Assembly: GCF_022045235.1 (NCBI RefSeq) | Contig: NW_027266330.1 | Coordinates: 40,796,001-40,860,000, forward strand | From: Haliotis cracherodii | Taxonomy: Eukaryota | DNA: 64,000 nucleotides | Direction of reading: 5' to 3' | Position numbers and translations under genes: made by a program | Shown: piece by piece, positions 26,712 through 40,785 of the stretch | Layout of the letters: each line of letters starts with the position of its first letter | Position numbering within the stretch: the first letter of the stretch is position 1 | Notes under the pieces: model-generated | What the model was told of the DNA's origin: nothing | What the model saw: the letters and a program-made list of their open reading frames with translations, nothing else | Databases searched by the model: none

Positions 26712-26835
26712 CTGTGCTGTCCTGTGTGGTGTGTAGTACCCAGCTCACGGTTGTGTGGAGATGCGCGTTGTGCCGTATGTGCCGTGTAGTGTGTGACCAG
26801 TGAAGCCCGACTCCCACACCGCTAGCCCCGCCCCT
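26712..26835 (-). promoter_or_regulatory. Candidate alternative promoter (GC box) and non-coding exon
   Basis: GGGGCGGGGC at ~26826-26835, CAG|gtagga donor at 26711. Confidence 0.25.
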
Positions 26836-28077
26836 CGCGGAGACTCTCCCGGACGTTCGTACAAACCCTCCCATCACTCTTACATAACTGACAGGAACAA
26901 AATTACCAAACAAGGGCAAATAGGCAGTCGGAAATTGAAAAGTTGATCAAAATCACATTTGTTAATAAAAAGACCACATGGTATATGTATGGTCACTGGT
27001 TAAACTTTGTAAGTTGTGAAGTTTCTATATATAACTGAATGAAAAGAAGCTAGTCGACATAGTTAGTGGGAACAGGATATCGCTGTGACATTTATGAAAA
27101 TGACATATATAGTTGCCTGTACCGGGGAGCAGCTCAAGAGCGGGGAGGGGGATTAAAGCACAGGTCCTACAGGTTACTAGCTCTGTGGCCCGGGACACAT
27201 AGACTTCAGTCAATTCCTGTCCTGCCACCCAAACAGCTGGACAACGGTGGGGCTTGTATTGGTGATCGCTTTTATCAAATCTCCCATACAGTGTAAAGGT
27301 TTATAGCTGACTTAATGTAAAGATAGCCCTCATTTAGAGTGGCAGACTGGTGTCAGTGCGGTGTGTAGTATTGTTTATCATCTCAGACTACCTGTGGTCT
27401 ATGTGAGTAGTGAACGTGCAGGTGTATTCAGGTAATATGTAGCGTCTGTTCCATCGTTTCCACGGGCAGTGGTCCATGTTAAAACTTCTGTGGAAGCTGT
27501 TAGATGTGTATTCGATTTACTATGCGGGTGGAAATCACGCTAACCTCAGTGATAAATGTTGACTTAATAAATCGTATGTTGGGTTACAATAATATCAATC
27601 ACAATATCGTTGGCAAAATGGACCATGAGTTTGGAGGAAACTTGATCCAGTCAAAGGTTTTAAATCATAGAGACCTGTCTCTGAATAACATAGTCGACTA
27701 CAAGGACACGCTGTTCTGCATTTGACTTTTCTCATACCACATGATGTCCTGTGCAACTTCCGTGCAGCAAATATATTGCCCCAAATTAGTTCTGATCGTA
27801 TGTTTATGATTGTAAAATTCAGACAACTCTATATGTCAGTTTTATTTCTCCCAAACGGCCATATATGTTATTGTTTCTTATCCGTGAAGAGATCACCTGT
27901 ATAATAAACATACAGCTGTATTACACATTATGGAATACCAAAGCGCGTAAGCATAAGCGCTTATGTACTGCTGGAACAAGTTCCACTGACGACAATTGAA
28001 ACTCTCAGCATCTCTTGGCGTATTGAGTGATTGTCACCTTTGTGATGCAAGGTCCCGTTCCACAAGGCGATCGTGAA

Positions 28078-28187
28078 ACTCGTGAAAGGTTCTGGTATCT
28101 GACTCGCTTTCACTCGTCAAATACCAGAACTATTCAGTGGTTTCATAAATTTGGTACTAAACGGGAGCTCGTTTAGTATTCTATATT
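28078..28187. mobile_element. Partial copy of MITE 52571-52726
   Basis: Shared CTGACTCGCTTTC...ACGGGAGCTCGTTT.GTATTCTATATT. Confidence 0.7.
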
Positions 28188-28459
28188 TATCCTCTGTACC
28201 GAAATGTTGTCAGTAATGATGTCAGCTTATACGGATAAGGTAAAAAAGAGATCACGGTACCAGATGTGTAAGGAATCGAAATTCTGACTGGACAAAAGTT
28301 TAGATCATTTGCCATTGACCATGATGTAGATTTACAAACACGTTCTAAAGTTTAATTATATACATACTTTGGATAAGATAGAAAAAGAAATGAAAATATT
28401 ATCGAATTGTTTGATATGCATTACTTAGAAGTTGACGGATGACAAAGTAGACACAGTTT

Positions 28460-29090
28460 ATGGATAACAACTTCTTTCATACTGTAAAGGCGACGTTTCG
28501 GTACAAATCCTTATACCGTTGTCAAGCAAGACTGAATGAAGGACATTGTACAGAATATATATAGTAGGTGGAGGATGAACAGTAGAGGATTAATAGTAAC
28601 AACAATAGCAAATATGAGTGGGTTAACAAGGGTAAGTAATGACAACGGAAGGATAATACTGTCACAACAAGAGGGACAGAGAACCCATGGGTGGAAGCCA
28701 ATGGGACATGAAGCCAATTAAACAGGATGAGCTTGTATAGGTCTAGTGAGTTCATAGTAGGCGGATGGGGTGAAATAGCCTCGATCTGTGGACTAATGTG
28801 GACTACTTTTGTTAGTTTTCTTTTAGTGAAATCATGGAGGTTGTTGGTGAGGATTTGGACGTTGTCCCAGTTGATGTTTTGATTAGGACAGTTGCTGATA
28901 TGGTCCGAGATGACTGATTTGCTGTCTGATATGATGGTTGAGGTTTTGTGCTCTTTGATTCTGGTGTTGATGGGGCGAGATGTTTCACCTACCTAAGACT
29001 GACCGCAGTTGCAGTCAATTATATAAACTACACCTTTAGGCTCTGGGGGTTTGGTTGTGTTCCTGCCGTTGGCTCTTAGTAGGGTAGGGT
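28460..29090 (-). mobile_element. 5'-truncated Penelope-like element relic (GIY-YIG endonuclease pseudogene plus 3' region)
   Basis: Minus-strand translation PKGVVYIIDCNCGQS*VGETSRPINTRIKEHK...SDH...INWDNVQIL; stop replaces the Tyr of YVG. Confidence 0.85.
28488..28530 (-). ncRNA. Minimal hammerhead-ribozyme-like motif (U3-A8 variant) at the PLE 3' end
   Basis: GC-TTGACAA-C-GGTATAA ggat TTGTACC-GAAAC-GTC-GC. Confidence 0.6.
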
Positions 29091-31577
29091 ACTTTGAAAA
29101 TATTATCAATGAGACCTTTAACACATAAAGGCAGAAATGGTGTACTAGAATATTTATCATTACCCAAACTTAATCATATTTTCTGTAGTATTCTTCGTCC
29201 AAGAAAGGAAAGAATAAATACTAATGAGTTGCTGCCGTTTCATTTGGCGAAATAACACAGATAAAACTTTTTGGAAACGTCATGGCATTACAATTTCAGT
29301 CTCAGTACCTGTGCTTGACATATTTCATGTACAGACATTGACGTGGATTGAAAGACTTTTGTGTCTTTTATGTTTAATGTCAATCATATTTGCCCTGCAT
29401 TGTCATTGTTAGTGAAAATAGTGTTCCAGTTAGTGAAAATAGTGTTCCAGTTAGTGAAAATAGTGTTCCAAACTAATAAAAATGTCGTTTTGGAAAGAAA
29501 AAATTATGATATTTTTCCCCCTGAAAAATGTCAAACACAAACTTAACGGAAAGGGAGATATGCTGAGTCAATCTGTGCAGGATGTTAGCAAGATAACATT
29601 TCTCATTGAATTTCTACTTGAATGTTCCAGCTTTCTGACAGAAAGATAGTACTATCTCAACTGTTATTACTATTTAAAGCCTAAGTATTATGAATTACAA
29701 CAGTTATTCTCAAGTAAAAGGATATCTGTGTTAAGGGGGCTGTGTAAAACAATACAATGTACTTATTCACACTTCTGATGTATATCTACCGCCTACTTAT
29801 ACGCAATAAAAATACTGGCATATTCCATGTAACCCTGTGTGGTGTATCATCACAATAAAGAAGAGTTTGGTATCAAAATGATTGTAGAGAAGAGTCTGTA
29901 GTATGTTTCAATTCCAAGAAGTTAGACAGAAACGTCGCGTGAATACAAGTTTCCTTATCTATCAAGATATATAAGATAGCTACGCGATAAATCGCAAAGA
30001 TCAGTTAAGAACGAAGCGTGGTTTATTTCTCGATAAAACATTGTCCTATCATAAAGGTCGTTTCTGGAGATTCGAACACAACTTGATGACGTCATATATT
30101 GAATGACGTTATTTTTGAGAGGGGAGTGCCTGGTGAGGTCTCCCCTGTAGATGTAACTGGGCAACGCAGATAAACGTAGTGGCTTAACGATCGCATCCAA
30201 GGGTGGTAGAGATACCACAATTGGTATTGGGAGAAAAGGTACGGATAGTCGATGTAAGGATTGTGCGAAAATGCGGGCAATACCAAGCTTATCCCACATG
30301 TTCATTAAATGGTCTTATCCGACATTGCCGAGGTCGGATTCTATTCAGGGAGTCATCATTATTTAACTATTAAAGCTTGTACATTTTAATAACATCCTTA
30401 AAGTTACTGTAGAAAATGTTGATATTTCATGAAAGAAATAAACGACTCTTACCTAAAGCCTACAATAAATGATAATAAAACCAATTATGGTATTCCAAGT
30501 ATGCGGAAAGATATGGAAGGAAATTGAAAATCTCTCAAATTGGAAATTTGACGGAAAGGACACTTGATTTTGTTGTGATTTAAAGGTAAAAATAACAATC
30601 AGCTTAATGCAGTAACTATGGTAACAAAACAAATAAATTACAAATCTAACTGAAAAAAATCAAAACACCATTTCATTAATATTACGAAAGGAACAATCAA
30701 ATACTATGAAATTATATACAAGACCTATTATCTGTTCCAATTGTAGTTTTGCTAGCTTCCACGCTTTCTGGTCGTCCTTCAAAACTTTAAATTTATCACT
30801 AATGTTATGAAGATATATCAGCGATATAAGAACAATATTTAAATTTGCTTTTGTTTCACATGGATGTGTTTAAAACATTGACATAAAGGGTATATCATTT
30901 TTAGTTGTTTCCTAGTTAGAAGAGAACGTCCTTTCCTTACTGATCAGACGGGACTGACATACATTCAACATGCCCATATTACTTGGAAACAAATCGTTGC
31001 CTCAACATATTGAAAACATGACGGAATTGATACTATAACAAAGATATCGATATGATGACAACACCAGCTGTTGAGAACCTGTTTGTCCTTCGTCATAGAA
31101 TGTGAACCTGCTGTTAAAGTAAACCTATTGTTTTTTTTGTAATCTTTGACACGTTGGAGGGGAGATGCGCGATCGGTTCTAAATGCAGTTTATTTAGCGC
31201 CGCCAAATTAATATAGGAAGTGGAACTTTCGCTAATCCCTGGATTAAAATTAAACATATACTGCCTTTAAAACGACTGGCATGTTCACAGAAAGTATGTA
31301 TCACGTAGAACGGTCAGGCATGCTGAGCGTACCTATGTGTGGTGCTGTCTGTGACGGGTGTGTGGTGGAAGTGTGTTATCGGTTTCCGACACGTACTGTG
31401 TGGTCTGGTTTGTTCGGTTTGTTCTGAGTGTTGAGATGACTTTATCATAAAAGAAATTCATCAATTAGCAGACGGGGGTTTGATTGAGTGGGATTATATA
31501 AGCGGGATGAGTTTAAACAAGCACGCAGAAAACTTTCTGTATGTTACTGGTGCAATTCTTGATTGTAGAAATAAAAA

Positions 31578-34500
31578 TGAATGTGTGTTTTATATTCCAT
31601 ATCTGAAAGTGTGTTTTATATATACATATCTGAATGTGTGTTTTATATTTCCATATCTGAATGTGTGTTTTATATTTCCATATTTGAATGTGTGTTTTAT
31701 ATTTCCATATCTGAATGTGTTTTATATTTCCATATCTGAATGCTTGTGTTTCATATTTCCATGTCTGCATGTGTGTTTCATATTTCCATATCTGATTGTG
31801 TTTTATATTTCCATATCTAAATGTGTGTTTTATATTTCCATATCTGAATGTCTTTTATATTTCCATATCTGAATGCTTGTGTTTTATATTTCCATATCTG
31901 AATGCTTATGTTTCATATTTCCATATCTGAATGTGTGTTTCATATTTCCATATCTGATTGTGTTTTATATTTTCATATCTGAATGTGTTTTATATTTCCA
32001 TATCTGAATGTGTGTTTTGTATTTCCATATCTGAATGTGTGTTTTATATATTTCAAGATCTGAATGTGTTTTATATTTCCATATCTGAATGTGTTTTATA
32101 TTTCAAGATCTGAATGTTTGTGTTCTATATTTCCATATCTGAATGCTTGTGTTTTATTTTTTCATATCTGAAAATGTGTTTTATTTTTCCATGTCTGAAT
32201 GTTTGTGTTTTATATTTCCAGATCTGAGTGTTTGTGTTCTATATTTCCATATCTGAATGCTTGTGTTTTATATTTCCTTATCTGAATGTGTTTTATAAAT
32301 CCATATCTGAATGTGTTTAATATTTCCATACCTGAATGTTTGTGTTTGATATTTCCATGTCTGAATGCTTGAGTTTTATATTTCCTTATCTGAATGTGTT
32401 TTATAAATCCATATCTGAATGTGTTTAATATTTCCATACCTGAATGTTTGTGTTTGATATTTCCATATCTGAATGCTTGTGTTTTATATGTCCTTATCTG
32501 AATGTGTTTTATAAATCCATATCTGAATGTGTTTAATATTTCCATACCTGAATGTTTGTGTTTGATATTTCCATGTCTGAATGCTTGAGTTTTATATTTC
32601 CTTATCTGAATGTGTTTTATAAATCCATATCTGAATGTGTTTAATATTTCCATACCTGAATGTTTGTGTTTGATATTTCCATATCTGAATGCTTGTGTTT
32701 TATATTTCCTTATCTGAATGTGTTTTATAAATCCATATCTGAATGTGTTTAATATTTCCATACCTGAATGTTTGTGTTTGATATTTCCATATCTGAATAT
32801 TTGTCTTTAATATTTCCACATCCGAATGTTTGTGTTTAATATTTCCATATCTGAATGTTGGTGTTTAATATTTCCACATCCGAATGTTGGTGTTTAATAT
32901 TTCCACATCCGAATGTTTGTGTTTAAAATTTCCATATCTGAATGTTTGTGTTTAACATTTCCATATCTGTATGTTGTTGTTTAATATTTCCACATCTGAA
33001 TCTTTGTCTTTAATATTTCCACATCTGAATGTTTTTGTTTAATACTTCCATATCTGAATGTTGGTGTTTCACATTTCCATATCTGAATGTTTGTGTTCCA
33101 CATTTCCATATCTGAATATTGGTGTTTAATATTTCCATATCTGAATGTTGGTGTTTAATATTTCCATATCTGAATGTTGGTGTTTAATATTTCCATATCT
33201 GAATGTGTTTGATATTTCCATATCTAAATGTTTGAGTTCTACATTTCCACATCTGAATGTTGGTGTTTAATATTTCCATATCTGAATGTTGGTGTTTAAT
33301 ATTTCCATATCTGAATGTTGGTGTTTAATATTTTCATATCTGAATGTGTTTTATATTTCCATATCTGAATGTGTGTTTTGTATTTCCATATCTGAATGTG
33401 TGTTTTATATATTTCAAGATCTGAATGTGTTTTATATTTCAAGATCTGAATGTGTTTTATATTTCAAGATCTGAATGTTTGTGTTCTATATTTCCATATC
33501 TGAATGCTTGTGTTTTATTTTTTCATATCTGAAAATGTGTTTTATTTTTCCATGTCTGAATGTTTGTGTTTTATATTTCCAGATCTGAGTGTTTGTGTTC
33601 TATATTTCCATATCTGAATGCTTGTGTTTTATATTTCCTTATCTGAATGTGTTTTATAAATCCATATCTGAATGTGTTTAATATTTCCATACCTGAATGT
33701 TTGTGTTTGATATTTCCATGTCTGAATGCTTGAGTTTTATATTTCCTTATCTGAATGTGTTTTATAAATCCATATCTGAATGTGTTTAATATTTCCATAC
33801 CTGAATGTTTGTGTTTGATATTTCCATATCTGAATGCTTGTGTTTTATATTTCCTTATCTGAATGTGTTTTATAAATCCATATCTGAATGTGTTTAATAT
33901 TTCCATACCTGAATGTTTGTGTTTGATATTTCCATGTCTGAATGCTTGAGTTTTATATTTCCTTATCTGAATGTGTTTTATAAATCCATATCTGAATGTG
34001 TTTAATATTTCCATACCTGAATGTTTGTGTTTGATATTTCCATATCTGAATGCTTGTGTTTTATATTTCCTTATCTGAATGTGTTTTATAAATCCATATC
34101 TGAATGTGTTTAATATTTCCATACCTGAATGTTTGTGTTTGATATTTCCATATCTGAATATTTGTCTTTAATATTTCCACATCCGAATGTTTGTGTTTAA
34201 TATTTCCATATCTGAATGTTGGTGTTTAATATTTCCACATCCGAATGTTGGTGTTTAATATTTCCACATCCGAATGTTTGTGTTTAAAATTTCCATATCT
34301 GAATGTTTGTGTTTAACATTTCCATATCTGTATGTTGTTGTTTAATATTTCCACATCTGAATCTTTGTCTTTAATATTTCCACATCTGAATGTTTGTGTT
34401 TAATACTTCCATATCTGAATGTGTTTCACATTTCCATATCTGAATGTTTGTGTTCCACATTTCCATATCTGAATATTGGTGTTTAATATTTCCATATCTG

Positions 34501-35790
34501 AATGTTGGTGTTTAATATTTCCATATCTGAATGTTGGTGTTTAATATTTCCATATCTGAATGTGTTTGATATTTCCATATCTAAATGTTTGAGTTCTACA
34601 TTTCCACATCTGAATGTTGGTGTTTAATATTTCCATATCTGAATGTGTTTGATATTTCCATATCTAAATGTTTGAGTTCTACATTTCCACATCTGAATGT
34701 TGGTGTTTAATACTTCCATATCTGAAGGTTGGTGTTTAATATTTCCACATCTGAATGTTTGTGTTTAGAATTTCCATATCTGAATGTTGGTGTTAAACAT
34801 TTCCATATCCGTATGTTGTTGTTTAATATTTCCACATCTGAATGTTTGTCTTTAATATTTCCACATCTGAATGTTTGTCTTTAATATTTCCACATCTGAA
34901 TGTTTTTGTTTAATACTTCCATATCTGAATGTTGATGTTTCACATTTCCATATCTGAATGTTTGTATTTCACATTTCCATATCTGAATATTGGTGTTTAA
35001 TATTTCCATATCTGAATGTTGGTGTTTAATATTTCTATATCTGAATGTTGGTGTTTAATATTTCCATATCCGAATGTGTTTGATATTTCCATATCTAAAT
35101 GTTTGAGTTCTACATTTCCACATCTGAATGTTGGTGTTTAATATTTCCATATCTGAATGTTGGTGTTTAATATTTCCATATCTGAATGTTGGTGTTAAAT
35201 ATTTCCATATCTGAATGTGTTTGATATTTCCATATCTAAATGTTTGAGTTCTACATTTCCATATCTGAATATTGGTGTTTAATATTTCCATATCTGAATG
35301 TTGGTGTTTAATATTTCCATATCCGAATGTGTTTGATATTTCCATATCTAAATGTTTGAGTTCTACATTTCCATATCTGAATATTGGTGTTTAATATTTC
35401 CATATCTGAATGTTGGTGTTTAATATTTCCATATCTGAATGTTGGTGTTAAATATTTCCATATCTGAATGTGTTTGATATTTCCATATCTAAATGTTTGA
35501 GTTCTACATTTCCACATCTGAATGTTGGTGTTTAATATATCCATATCTGAATGTTGGTGTTTAATATTTCCATATCTGAATGATGGTGTTTAATATTTCC
35601 ATATCTGAATGTTGGTGTTACATACTGTGGTAGTAGAATGTTTGTGTTTTATATTTCCAGATTGGAATGTGTTTCATATTCATATCTTCAGATTATAATG
35701 TTTTGTTTTTTCCACATCTGAATGTTTGTGTTTAAAATTGTAATAGCAGAATGTTTGTGTTGCATATCGTTATAGCAAAATGTTTGTCTT
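31578..35790. repeat. AT-rich 25-29-bp satellite with higher-order duplication
   Basis: TTTCCATATCTGAATGT core; near-identical ORFs 32210.. and 33571.. are 1361 bp apart. Confidence 0.95.
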
Positions 35791-36317
35791 TTATTTCCAT
35801 AGTCAAATTTTACCATAGTGTTTTAAATTTCTGTACATGACTAATAGTGTTTTGTATTTCTGTCCATGACTAATAGTGTTTCACATTTCAGAAATCTGAT
35901 TAAAAATTCAGACATGCTTGGTGGGATTGCCCCAGGCTGATGAGCCACCGTATGTTTGTGACGTTGGAAAATCTGTGGACTATTGATGTCTGTCACATAA
36001 GTCACACTTTCACAGTCGCTCGTCGCAGTTGTCTCCCTTCAACTATTAGAAAAACTGTCTGAAGAAAAACACTTTTATATGTAAACACAGAGACCATATA
36101 ACGGTACATGGTCTCCTGTAAACATCAACCACAAGTGACATGAGCTGAGGTCGATCGTCACCATGTGATACTCTCCTAGTGACTTGCATACAACGCCAGA
36201 CTTGACGGGATGTGTTATTGATTGATGCAGTGGCTGATGGGGGTGGGTGTCACGTTCTACTGGGTATGCTACTGAAGTTGGTGTGGGGAGTGAGTGGGAT
36301 GGGGGGAGTGTTCTTAC

Positions 36318-36398
36318 CTGGTGGCGGTACTCGGCACAGTCCAACAGGTAGTTGGCCAGGTCACGAAAGTAGAACCAGATGAGAGCGGCTGTCAGCAT
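36318..36398 (-). CDS. Candidate alternative first coding exon of plakin gene (MLTAALIWFYFRDLANYLLDCAEYRHQ)
   Basis: Kozak-like accaccATG, CAG|gtaaga donor, phase 0; in frame with exon 15873-15929 only if 19424-19511 is skipped. Confidence 0.5.
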
Positions 36399-38794
36399 GG
36401 TGGTAGGTCTGTGTCCTGCGTCTGACCACTCCTCGCCGTGCAGGTGGAGTATCGGGTGCTGGCGAGATCAGCACTGGGGATTTGAGTGGGTGGTGAAAGG
36501 ATCACCACCGTACAGACATTTCTCCTCTCACTAGATACTGTGCCTCCGTAAAACAACTCGAAACGAAATATGGGTCAGGTCGCAACACAGTATCTGTCCC
36601 CTTCAAAGCATTGTTGTAAACACTCAAACACTTTCCGAGGTGGGGAGAGAGTCCGTACTAGTCAAGTGTAGAGTCCGGGACACGCTTTGGACAGTTCGAA
36701 ATTACAATGACTATGCACTCAAAGAAAACTGTGTATCCACAAGGTCACTGAGTAGAACACATGCCTACGCGGCCATGACACATGCATGACTTGCTGTCGT
36801 TCCGGCTGGGCGGATGGACTTAATACGTGGAATATTAAGTATCCAGGGGCAATGCCTAGGGTTACTCGGCACCCTAGTCCGGCCCAGGTCTGTCAGGGGG
36901 GGTTAGTCGGGTCCAGGGTGGGTTCACGTCTCCACGCACACAACGTTTGTCCGTCACTATGGCAGACAAAGTGATACACCTGCTGTTGATGGTGATGATC
37001 AATAACTGGGAGAGATAATTACTGTGTGTAGATAGAGATAGACCAGAGGGTGGGTGGAAGTTCTTACATGTCAGCTGCTTACAGGACACAGAGCTGTTCC
37101 AGAATTAAACTCGGATATATTGCGGAAGCGCGAAGGTTAACGTTTAGAGGATTATCTTGTCATTGTCCAGACACAGGGAAATGAAATACAGAATAACTCA
37201 CAGCCGATAAGGATATGGATAAAAACCATGTATAAATTAATATGAAACAGTTACAGGTTGATGACGTGACGTGGTATGACGTGTGGCGGGTGTGGTGCGA
37301 CAAGGGCCTGACACTTCACGTGTGGTACACTGGTAACATTCTGATGCTGGATTTATAGCTTGGGTACAAAGTTGAGTAATACCTAAACCCCGGTATTATA
37401 AGTACAATAAAAGAAGGTACTTGTAAATCATCTATTTACAAGGATAAGCCCACATAAAATAAGCCTCTTTTCACTAAGCCATTATATTACGCCGAAGGCG
37501 TCGATATCACTTGAAACTTCTGTAAGTGAAGTTTAACACTTATTGTCAGACCAGCACTGGGGGAATGTAGCCTTATAGGTATTCGTTTTATACGTGGACG
37601 CGTGCAACCATCTACATGTCTGACCTAGCCTTGACATATTGTAGACATGATTGATGGCCCTGCAACAGACTGCACCGTTATATGTGGAAACACAAAGCTG
37701 CTGCGTTAAGCTGATGCCATTCAATGCCACTTTGTTTACAGGCAGCTGCTATTTAACGAATTTTATTCTGTGTGCAACAGTGCTAAGTGTTGCGCGTGGA
37801 TAGGAGATCAATGTGTCACAGCCAGGCCCAGCAGCTAGTTAAGGATGGGTTCCACTTGACTGGGGACGGCAATAGATTCCTTGAACAGTTCTTACGATTA
37901 CAAAGAGTTACCATTGATCGTTTCTCTGATAGCTCAGTAAGATGTCCACACTATCTCATACATGTTCTAACCTTGCCAGTCAGCTAGGTACATTATAAGA
38001 CCCATGGCCTTCCTCGTGACGAGTGACTAGACTAACCCACCGCATCAACTCTTTGATAATGCTGTCATTATCTACGTATCACTAGAACCAAGGAGAAGAG
38101 GGAGTGGGCAGTAACTGGATCTACCGCTGTGAGAGGCGATGAACAGCAGCCTCTTCATACAGAATCCCTGCCTGAATATCAACTATGACACAAGATAGCA
38201 ACCGGTAGAGCAGGTCGGGCTCGACATGCGAATGTCATCATTGTCATGTCAGATATCCCATTTACTTTCATCTCTGTTACACAATGTTGTGAATTCAACA
38301 AGAATAGATTTTGTTCATCTAAAACTTACCCAATTGTAGACATAAAATGTACGCAGTAGACATTTGAACTTTCAAAAAGCATATAATGCCATTGTTTACA
38401 TAGTATGACGGAATGAATGGCTGTATGTCTACCTGTAACAGATAGATACCTCTAGCAACCACTCTACACTAGACCACGGATGCAGTCATATGTTAATTAA
38501 AGTATCAGCAGTTGACATCAAGTGCTGGGCATATCAATATCAGGCACAGGGCGTAATGTCAGTCCTGGTGTTCGGTGTATATGCAACACCTCCGTATTGA
38601 TTACAAACACTTCACTTATGTCGTCACGGCATAGGTACACAGGTATAAGGAGTGAAAAACTTCTGATCCAATCTGTTCAAATATTGGCAAAACAAGTACA
38701 ATTTCAAGCTCATAATTTTTATGTAAAATCGAAGATCGTCATCTTTTGAATTGAAATTTTATCTAAGCTATCTTGTTCTGTCACTAAACGCACG

Positions 38795-39069
38795 TGTGGT
38801 TGTGTGTGTGCGTGTGTGTGTGTTAGTGTGTGTGAGTGTGTAGGTAGATGTGTGTGTGTGTGTGAGTGTGCAGGTAGGTGTGTGAATGTGTAGGTAGATG
38901 TGTGTGTGTGTGTGTAGGTAGGTGTGTGAGTGTGTAGGTAGATGTGTGTGTGTGTGAGTGTGTAGGTAGATGTGTGTGTGTGTGTGAGTGTGTAGGTAGA
39001 TGTGTGAATGTGTAGGTAGATGTGTGTGTGTGTGTGAGTGTGTAGGTAGATGTGTGAATGTGTAGGTAG

Positions 39070-39133
<64 letters not shown>

Positions 39134-39256
39134 GTAGATGTGTGAGTGTGTAGTAGATGTGTGTGTTTGTCCGGTAGTGTGATGTCTTCAGGGGAAACGT
39201 GACACTATCAGCTCAGCGAATGATTGAGTGAGTGAGTGAGTGAGTGAGTGAGTGAG
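38795..39256. repeat. Compound (GT)n / GTAG microsatellite followed by (GAGT)n
   Basis: Direct inspection. Confidence 0.95.
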
Positions 39257-39679
39257 GTGCAACATCGGTTTTGTTATGTCAATATGTCAGCAACATTACA
39301 GCTAAAAGCACAAATCATGGGTTTACACATTGCACCATGTATGTATGTATGTATGGCATCAAACTAAGATGTTCCATGTGACACACGTCTCCAGCAACTG
39401 ACTGCCACAGGATGCAACGACATACCGCTCATATATAAGCCTGACAATTTGTCTACCATCTATTCTTGATAACTTGATCTATGTTTAAATATTTATTAGT
39501 TCCAGATATTAAATACTTGAATCTGCATTTAACTTAACACACATTTCTTAGTGTCATTTTCCACATTAACCTTTTAAAACTAACATTAATTAACTAATCA
39601 TTCCTAGCAAACAAAGTCTACCTAAAAATGAAACACAGTGCGTGATGTCAGTGGTACAACATGATGACTTGTAGACAGC

Positions 39680-40610
39680 ACAAAACATGACATTGTTCAT
39701 CCCGTACTAGACAGTGTACAAAACAACCATGACATCGTTCATCCCGTACTAGACAGTGTAGAAAACAATCATCAAATTGTTCATCCCGTACTAGACATTG
39801 TACAAAACAAACATGACATTGTTCATCCCGTACTAGACAGTGTACAAAACAACCATGACATTGTTCATCCCGTACTAGACAGTGTACAAAACAACCATGC
39901 CATTGTTCATCCCGTACTAGACATTGTACAAAACAACCATGACATTGTTCATCCCGTACTAGACAGTGTACAAAACAACCATGACATTGTTCATCCCGTA
40001 CTAGACATTGTACAAAACAACCATGACATTGTTCATCCCGTACTAGACAGTGTACAAAACAACCATGACATTGTTCATCCCGTACTAGACAGTGTAGGAA
40101 ACAACCATGACATTGTTCATCCCGTACTAGACAGTGTACAAAACAACCATGACATTGTTCATCCCGTACTTGGCAGTGTAGAAAACAACCATGACATTGT
40201 TCATCCCGTACTAGACAGTGTACAAAACAACCATGACATTGTTCATCCCGTACTAGACAGTGTAGAAAACAACCATGACATTGTTCATCCCGTACTAGAC
40301 AATGTACAAAACAAACATGACATTGTTCATCCCGTACTAGACAATGTACAAAACAACCATGACATTGTTCATCCCGTACTAGACAGTGTACAAAACAACC
40401 ATGACATTGTTCATCCCGTACTAGACAATGTACAAAACAAACATGACATTGTTCATCCCGCACTAGACATTGTACAAAACAACCATGACATTGTTCATCG
40501 CGTACCAGACAGTGTAGAAAACAACCATGACATTGTTCATCCCGTACCAGACAGTGTAGAAAACAACCATGACATTGTTCACCCCGTACTAGACAGTGTA
40601 GAAAACAAAC
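39680..40610. repeat. 42-bp minisatellite, ~22 copies
   Basis: TAGACAGTGTACAAAACAACCATGACATTGTTCATCCCGTAC. Confidence 0.95.
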
Positions 40611-40785
40611 AGGCTACCATGTCGCCTGATGAAACTACAGTTTGGAATGTGAAGTTTAATGCTAAGATTCTCGTTATTTGGTCGTTGTAGTATCAACTGT
40701 ACGAACATAGCCCTAAAGTTTTGTACAACTGATCGGGTGCACCAGTGATGTAGTCATCACTTTTCACTGCTAAAATGCATGGATC

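Noticed and set aside
32210-34122. Duplicated 183-aa ORFs
   Set aside because: Satellite translations within a higher-order duplication
39648-40463. Cys/His-rich 271-aa ORF resembling a metal-binding protein
   Set aside because: Pure 42-bp tandem repeat translation with no splice or promoter support
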